In this document: piece after piece, positions 56,346 to 64,000 of the stretch
Layout of the letters: every line of letters begins with the position of its first letter
Numbering within the stretch: position 1 is the first letter of the stretch
The notes under the pieces: model-generated
What the model saw: the letters and a program-made list of their open reading frames with translations, nothing else
Database searches by the model: none
What the model was told of the DNA's origin: nothing
Translations under genes and position numbers: made by a program
NCBI RefSeq assembly: GCF_009914755.1
Contig: NC_060934.1
Length of the DNA: 64,000 bases
Origin: the human T2T-CHM13v2.0 reference genome, Homo sapiens
Direction: 5' to 3' (one strand)

Positions 56346-59300
56346 ACAGTTGCATGATTTTTAAAAAGTGGCTTACTTTCAACACATTTTTTAAGGTAAT
56401 ATTTTGGACCAAATGGTTAATAAGACTGTGGTGACGAGGTGCAAGACTCTGGGAAGATGGCCAAAAGGCACTGTTCTTTTTCATTCTTGTTTTCTGTCCC
56501 CAGCCCATGCCCCTGCTGGCAGCCCTGGGCTTGCCATCCATCTGGAAGCTAGGAAGGGCTGAGTCACCCAGCATTCTGGGGCTGGGTGCACCCTTTCTAT
56601 AGTGTCTTAGGAGGATGCAGAAGTAATGGCTACAGAGCAGCTGCTGAAGGAGGAGGAGGGCTCACGAACTGCTAGAATTTTAAAGGGCTGCAGCCCCTGA
56701 AGTCCTGGGCCCTGTTTTACAGATAAGGGAACAAAGACTGCTGCAAGGAGAAGCATGTGGAAGAAGACAGCTCTGAGGATGCAGAGCCCCAAAGGACGTG
56801 CTTGCCATTCCTGGAGAGGAATGGCATCAGGGACCCAGGCCACATGCAGTGCGGCCAGGGACAGAGCACCACCTGTGCGTGTGGACATTTCACATTTTTC
56901 CTCCATGGAAAAATGTAGGAAACCCTACAGCTTGGGTTTCCTCTGTTACTGAGGCTTCCTCTGTTACTGAGGCTAACTGGGACATTTGTCTATTTAGCAT
57001 TTATCTACTATGTGTTGAAAGAGAGGCGGGTGGGGGAGAAGATTAGGAAGCCTTTAAACAAAGCTCCAAGTAGAGCTGTCTCGACATGATTCAAAACTGC
57101 ATCCTTAGATGCTTGGTGGTATAAAGGTCTTGCCAATTCCCATTACAACACATATTGCAACATGCCTTTCTTCTCGTAAATGTCTTCTGAAGGTCACTCC
57201 AGCCCCTGCCAGTCCCTCTCCCCTTGACTTTCTGCCAGTGCCCAACTGTGAACCCGTAGAGCCATCTGCTCTCCCCTCCTGCTTACCTGCAACTGATGGC
57301 TGGCCAAGAAGATAGGAGAGTTATGCGATTGGTCAAGGACTGGTGTGAGGTCTCCTGCTGTGCTGCACATGGGGCTCGGGTGGGTATGCTCTCCTTCCTC
57401 AGGGAACGGCCATTCCACTGTTACCATGCTCCTCCATTCCCTCTCCCCACTGCCCCATCTCAGCCCCTGCTGGCATGCACATCTTTCCCTAGGTTAGAAG
57501 AAGATTCCTTCAGCTTCCTGGCCCCAAGCCGACAAATGCCCTTCCCTGCTGTTCTCAGGTCTCTGAATCAAAGGCGCTGTCCTCTCATCCAGGGATAATT
57601 TCTCCTTCTCCATCTTGACACCTTCACCTTTTTCCTCTTGGGTACTTTGTTCTTTCCTGTATTTAACTTCTTGCTTTCCCGAGTCCTCAATGTTTCCTTC
57701 TTTGACTCTTTCCCCCACAGATTATGAACATGCACAAGCTTAAAACACCAACAGCAACAAAAAAGAGAAAACAAAAATGCCCTCACTGCAAAGCCCGAGT
57801 GAGGCCTGTCTCATGCCATGGTTGAGCTTCTTTCTGGCAAGAGAAACTGGCCTATGTCGCTCCCCGTCCAGCCCCTCCGTTAGTCTCTGCAATCTGGCTG
57901 CGACTTCTCAAACTCCACCAAAACTGCTCTCCTGTAGGCAGGTGACAGTCACGCCTCTCACCCGTTCTCTTTCTAGAATCTGAAGGTGTGACCTTCCCAT
58001 TCTTCTGTGACAAACCTGGTGCTGCCCAGCAGAGTGGAAAGAGCATGTTTTTTTTTGTGGTAAGTTCCAACGGCAGCTGCACCAGGTAAGAGCTGTGTGA
58101 TTTTGGACTCATAACTTACCAGCTCTGAGACTTCTTTTTCTCATCTATAAAATGGGGAAGAGAGCAAGTAACTACACAGAAACTTTGGGAAGACTGAAGA
58201 GGCCTTGCCGATGAAGCACGTGGCACCCAGAAAGTGCTTTGATCCCCAGCTCACAGTGATAATGCTTGTGGGTCCGCATGTCCCTTGCTCTTACTTGCAA
58301 TGTCTGTTCTTCATCAGTCTCTGCAACCACATCTTCTCTCTCTGCACCCACCTCTTATGTATTTTTACCCTACAAACTCTGTAGGAAATGTGTGCTCCAC
58401 ATGGCTCTGCTCTCTGCTAATTTAACAGATGCTCTTTCTGAGTAACTCACACTCCAGGGTTTTTTTTTTATTAATTAATTATTATTATCATTATTTTTAC
58501 CACCAACCCTGCTCCTTGGTCTCCAGATGAACCTGCCTAACTCCTCACTGCCTAGCAGACAGCAGCTTTGGAATGTCCAGCAGACACAGTCAAGACTGAA
58601 CTCACTTCCTTCCTGCAGCCTGCTCCTCCGGCCTCTTCCAAGTCTCCACTGGTGATACCACCTTCCGCTCCCTCACAGGGGGTCATGGTGAATGCCTCAG
58701 CTCCTTAACCCCCGTTATGGAAGGCCTTTGGAATTCACTCTCCTTTAATGGGTCTCATATTCCCCCCTTTCTTTATTTATATTGGTACTTCCTTAGTTTA
58801 ATTCATCAAGATCTTGGCCTTTGAAGGAGTTATTTCCTTTCTGCACTGCCTTTCTTTTGTCTGCCCAGCAAATCCCACCTGGTCCTCTCCTCCCCTATCC
58901 GTGCTCAACGTCCCTTCCTGGGTGAAGCCTTCCTCACCCAACACATAGCACTTGGGTTATGGCCAGTTGAGTCTCCCAGCAGCAGGAGCCTTCATGTCTC
59001 CAATGGCCTCTGCTCCTAGCACGCCTGCTGGCACCCACAGGTGTTTATGGAATTGACTCAGTGTCTAGGAAAATATGCATTTATTTCAAAAAATACGTAG
59101 TAAAATAAAAATTAGATTCAAGAAAACATCCCTATAAATTTTGGTCTGTGATAGTGCCATACACAGTAATGTTATCAGAACATCTGTCATTGGTCAAGGC
59201 TGAGGAGGAAGCTCTGTTTTGATCAGCATCTTGGACCACCAGTGATGAAGACTTTCACTCACTGAAGTCCACATTCTTTCTGCTGGGGGAAAATCCAGGT

Positions 59301-59781
59301 AGCTACAGGCCTCTGTCTGGCAGGGGTGTGCAACGGTGAGTGGTGAGGCAGCATCCTGACCCAGAGACCAGTTGGTTGCCCTGCACTCTGACAGGGAGGT
59401 GGGACCCTGGCCACATGAATCGCCTGCCATGACCCCAGGCCCCCTTCACTGTATCCCCTGCTGTGTGCTTCCTCTCTGCCTGCTCGCCTGTGCCAGCCCC
59501 ACTTGGCTTGTGCTCCTGAGACCTCTTCTTCTCTCCTTCATGCTTTCAACTTGCAGGAAGCTTCCTGCCCGCTCAGTGGTCACCGTAAGATTGGTTCCCA
59601 GAGAGTCAGCCCTTTGGTGGCAAACAGAGGGGCTGGAGGAGGGGAGGGTCTGCTCCCTGCATTCAGGGCTGCCTCTGCCTGGGACCCACGCTCCTGGGGT
59701 CCTGGACTTGCCCTTCACCTCTCCTCTCATTCTCGCCCCTGGTGGCCCCTCAGCTGCTCCCTGGGTTTTACCCTTGGTACC

Positions 59782-60138
59782 TGATATAGTTCGGCTATTT
59801 CCCCACCCAAATCTCATCTTGAATTCCGACGTGTTGTAAGAGGGACCTGGTGGGAGGCAATTGAATTACGAGGGCAGGTCTTTCCCATGCTGTTCTCTTG
59901 ATAGTGAATAAGTCTCATGAGATCTTACAGTATTGTAAGGGGGAATTTCCTTGCCCAATTTCTCCCTCTTTGCCTGCTGCCATCCACGGAAGACGTGACT
60001 TGCTCCACCTTGCCTTCTGCCATGATTGTGAGGCTTCCCTTGCCACGTGGAACTGTAAGTCCAATTAAAACTCTTTCTTTTGTAAACTGCCCAGTCTCGG
60101 GTATGAGTTTATCAGCAGCGTGAAAACGGACTAATACA
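59782..60138. mobile_element. THE1 solo LTR
   Basis: tgatatagtt...ggactaataca; perfect 5-bp TSD GTACC at 59777-59781 and 60139-60143. Confidence 0.92.
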
Positions 60139-61132
60139 GTACCTCTTCCTTATTGATTTTAAACAGTGAGAAAGTACTGGCAGGAGAATTACTGTGAAGA
60201 AGTTGTGTAATAAACACCCTGTCCATGGTCTTCTTGAACTCCCTTACTCCCTGAGGGAAATGATTGGATCACAACATGAGGACTTAGTTACGGCCAAACA
60301 CAAGGGCATCCCCAGGGGCTTGGCAGGGCAGTGAACACGTGTGACAAGCTCCCAGGGGTGCAGGTCCGGGTGGGCGAGGGGGAGGTGGGCAAAGGCTGTG
60401 TGGGGAGTAGTAGGCATGGTCCTGCTAGGGCAGGGCACCTGCTTGGCTGCTTCCCAGAGGAGCTGAGCCCCAGTGGGTTTTGGTTTCCTGGAGCCGCATG
60501 CAGGCCCCACAGTTGCATGGCATTTTGCCTCCATGGCGTCCTCAGCCTTACTGTGGGCGCCACAGGTCTTTAGCTGAGAACGTGAAGGCACCAGGGGAGA
60601 ATGCATCCTCTCATTTTGTTTTGTTTTGTTTTCTGCCGGGGGCACTTACCCTGGTGGGATAAGGGCCTGCTCTTTTTCTCTCTCAACTGACTTCTTGTGG
60701 GACAAGGGGCCCTTTTTTTCCCGGTTTCTGCTCCGGCAGTCGCTTCTGTCCCTCGGCAGGGCCGTGCTGCCCTTGCTTTTGCTCTGCTGGCAGGAGCCCC
60801 TTGCGCAGCAGGTCTGCTTGGGAGCCCCCCGCCGCCATCCATGCCAAGCCCTGACCTGGGTGATGGTGCCTGCTCGGGCCATCCCCTTTCCTCATGGCCG
60901 GCAGAGCTCTCCGCCACATCCACACTGTGGGTGCCCCTCGCCAGCTCCAGGCCCCGACCTTCCCTGTTAAAGAGCTCAGACTCCAGCGGAACCCGGCTGC
61001 CACCTTCTGGGCACCCACCAGGCTCCCGTTCCCACTCCTGCCTTTAAGAACCTTCTGTGCTCCGTCCCTCACATGTAACCCTCCCATCTTCCATCCTCCC
61101 CAGAACTTGCTTCCTTTGCAAGACGGCCCTGG

Positions 61133-61892
61133 AGTGTGCCTGTGTGAGTGTGAAGGTGAGTGCCTGTGTGTGTGCACCTGTGTGTGAATGTGTGTGTGAA
61201 TGTGTGACTGCACGTGTGTGAGTCCATGTGTATTTGAGTATGTGTATGTGAGTCCCTGTGTGTGAGTGCATGTGTGTGACTGTGTATGTGTATGAGTGTG
61301 AGTGAATGTGTGTATGAGTGTGAATATGTGTTTATGTTTGAATGTGTGTATGACTGAGTGCGTGTATGCAAGTGTGTATGACTGAGTGCGTGTATGCAAG
61401 TGTGTGTATGTGTGACTGAATGAATGTGCGAGTGTGCCAGTGAGTGTGGGAGTGAATGTGTATTTGAGCGCATGTGTGAGTACGTGTGAGCGTGAATGTA
61501 TTTGTGAGTGCATGTGTGTGTGTCAATGTGTGTGTATTTGTGAGTGCATGTGTGAGTGAATGTGTATTTGTATGTGAGAAGGTGAGTGAATGTGTATATG
61601 TGTGTATGTGAGTGAATGTGTGTATTTGTGAGTGCATGTGTGAGAGAATGTATGTGTATTTGATTGTGAAAGCATGTGTGTGTATTTGTATGTGAGTGCA
61701 TGTGTGTGAATGTGTGTGTATTTGCATATGAGTGCATGTGTGAGTGTATTTGTGAGTGCATGTGTGTGAATGTATTTGCATGTGAGTGCATGTGTGTGTA
61801 TTTGTATGTGAGTGCACATGTGAGTGTGTGAATGTGTATGTATTTGCATGTGAGTGCATGTGTGAGTGTGTGTGTGAGTGAATGTGTGTGCA
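61133..61892. repeat. ~760-bp degenerate (TG)-rich simple repeat
   Basis: tgtgagtgcatg / tgtatt / tgaatg sub-units; source of the spurious His/Thr ORFs. Confidence 0.95.
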
Positions 61893-62029
61893 CATTGCAG
61901 GACATTTGGGAAGTAGACGTAGGGATAAAATGCAGGAGTTACTGAATGCCATGGTCTTGATTATTGGAATTGTTTATGGAATGGACTCAGAAGCAGGTGG
62001 CTATGGGAAGGGTGCTGGTGTGAGCACGT

Positions 62030-62600
62030 GGATTTTTATTGCTGCATAACAAATTACCACACAACGGGGAACCAACAGCTACTTATTGTCTTGCAGTTTC
62101 TTTAGGACAGAAGTTCAGGCCCGACGTGGCTAGCCTCTCCACGTAGGGTCTCAGGAAGCTGAAATCAAGGCGTTGCCTGGGCTGTTTCTTTAGACTCACG
62201 TGACTGTTGGCAGGATTCAGTTCCTTGAATTGTAGGATAGGGACGCCCATTCTCATGCTGGGTGTCACCTGGGGGTGGTTGTTAGCTCCTAGTGGTCACC
62301 CCTAGCTCCTTGTTAGTGGTCACCCCTAGCTCCTTGTGTCGGGGCTGCTGGCACGGCCCTTTCTCACTTCCAGTCTCTCCCTCCAGAAGGGCCCTTGTAA
62401 GGGCTCACCTGATCACGTCAGGCTCACAACTGCGAGAATCTCCTTTTTGGTTAACTGAAAGTCAACTGACAAGAGACCTCAATTACCTCTGCAGAATCCC
62501 TGTTGCTGTAGAGGGAGCGGTCACTGGGGGAGAATAGCCCATACCTCACAGCCCTGGGGAGGGGATTCTATAGCAGGGACGGGGACCTTGGGGGCCATCC
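62030..62600. mobile_element. MLT1-type MaLR LTR
   Basis: attgctgcataacaaattaccac...ctgaaatcaagg...aattacctctgcagaatccc. Confidence 0.75.
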
Positions 62601-64000
62601 ACTGCCCACCACTGCACGTGTGTGTGTGTGCTCATGTGTGTACATGTGTGCATGCATTGATTCTCTAGGCTCACTCTTGAAGTTTTGAGGAAATCTATTC
62701 TGCCTCATGAAGGTATTCTCCATAAGTGGGAAGGATCTCACACAATTTTCTACAATCAGCAAATATTTCCCAGAGGAAACAAATACCATTTACCCTTGTG
62801 CTTTCCGTGTATAATATAGAGGAGGCTTCCTGAAAGTTTACTGATAGCTGAGTTGAGAAAAAGAAACTATTGAATTAATAATATGGCATTAAGCGGAGAG
62901 AATATTTTGTTGTGATTTATTTGACATTTAAGCATCTAGGAATAAAGATGTACAGAAACCTTCGTGCTCATTCTGCATTATGGGGTGCACACAGTCCACA
63001 ATTTTATTCTTCCATTGTTATTTAGTTTAAAAAAGTATCTTTTAGAATGTATTAGGTATCCAAAAAACCGAGAAATGTTTTTGCATAAACCAATACACCA
63101 CTAGGCCATGTGGGCTCTGCCTCGCCTGCCGGTGTCCCCTCAGATGTGCAGCCCTGGCCATCTCTGCAGGCTCTGTGGCCCAAGGGTGACCCTGCTGCTG
63201 GGGCCACGTCTCGCAGGCATGACCAGGCCGACCTCTGAAGGGACTGAATGTCACTTAGCATGACAGCCACATTGTATCCTGTCTCATGACTCTCAGGAAA
63301 TGGCCCAGCTCGCTTATCTGCTGTTTTGCCTTCAGCACGTAAGTTTCCCTGTCAAAGTAATTTCTCCAGTGCCTGAAAAACCACGATGTCACCCTCAGTG
63401 CACATAGCTGCCATTATCTGAGAGGTTTTAATGTCCATGTAAGATGTGATAATAAGATTTGAGTTTAATAGAGTTGGCCTTCTAGACTTGACCTTATCTG
63501 TATTAATCAACACTTGACTCACACTAGCTGCCCTCAAGGACTGCACCAAAGTCACGGCCTCTTCTCGCCCTCCTCCTGCCCATGTCTTGGCTCCTCTCTG
63601 TCCTGACTTAGCCTTGCTTAAAGTGGCCACAGGTGCCCCAGGCTCCTCTTCTTGCTGAGAAGAGAGTAGGGATGTGGGCAGAGAAGGACAGCAATTGCAC
63701 GCGATAATGCCTACATCCTACAAAATGTATTTCATTTCTCAAAGTTACGCTGTTCAATGATTTAAATGAAAAGTTTTGCAAAATTATTGACTTTAAAACA
63801 AGGGGATAGTGGAGGTTGCCAAATATCATCTCATTCTCAGCCTGGGCAGGGTTGGGCCACCACAGACTTCCTCTGGATGCTTTCCAGGGAAAGGACCCAG
63901 GGGGACTCTGGGATGGTCTCTGCATCGCTTGACGCCAAGCATTCTTCAGAACTGGGTGTGGAGGGAGAGGGGGCCACAAAGCCTCATCATCTGCGGGGCT

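Noticed and set aside
60683-61952. 276, 278 and 206-aa His/Thr-rich ORFs
   Set aside because: Translations of a (CA)-rich simple repeat that lacks stop codons.

Overview
Human-like (primate) genomic DNA. It contains one complete protein-coding gene, ZNF32 (minus strand, 3 exons, 273 aa, six C2H2 fingers plus one C2HC finger), recognised from its protein sequence; from memory the locus is 10q11.21. ZNF32 has a CpG-island promoter at about 13.2-14.1 kb. The remaining ~55 kb is intergenic or lncRNA-intronic and rich in repeats (L1, Alu, L2, MIR, MaLR/THE1/MST/MLT, MER21, a solo HERV-E LTR2, Tigger and Charlie DNA transposons), with two orphan CpG-rich islands (~32.0-33.0 kb and ~53.9-55.7 kb). 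Apart from ZNF32 and L1/L2 relics, the supplied ORFs look spurious. I see no novel multi-gene system. The most notable unexplained structures are: (1) a sense-oriented solo LTR2 with an intact splice donor ~4 kb upstream of ZNF32; (2) a ~0.7-kb non-repeat inverted duplication (23.75-24.75 kb vs 29.35-30.1 kb); (3) a back-to-back perfect-hairpin template-switch scar inside that duplication; (4) uORFs and a tandem splice donor at ZNF32 exon 2; (5) a CpG island that appears partly built from a LINE-2 ORF2 relic. Repeat family names are recognised by eye and boundaries are approximate unless a TSD is quoted.
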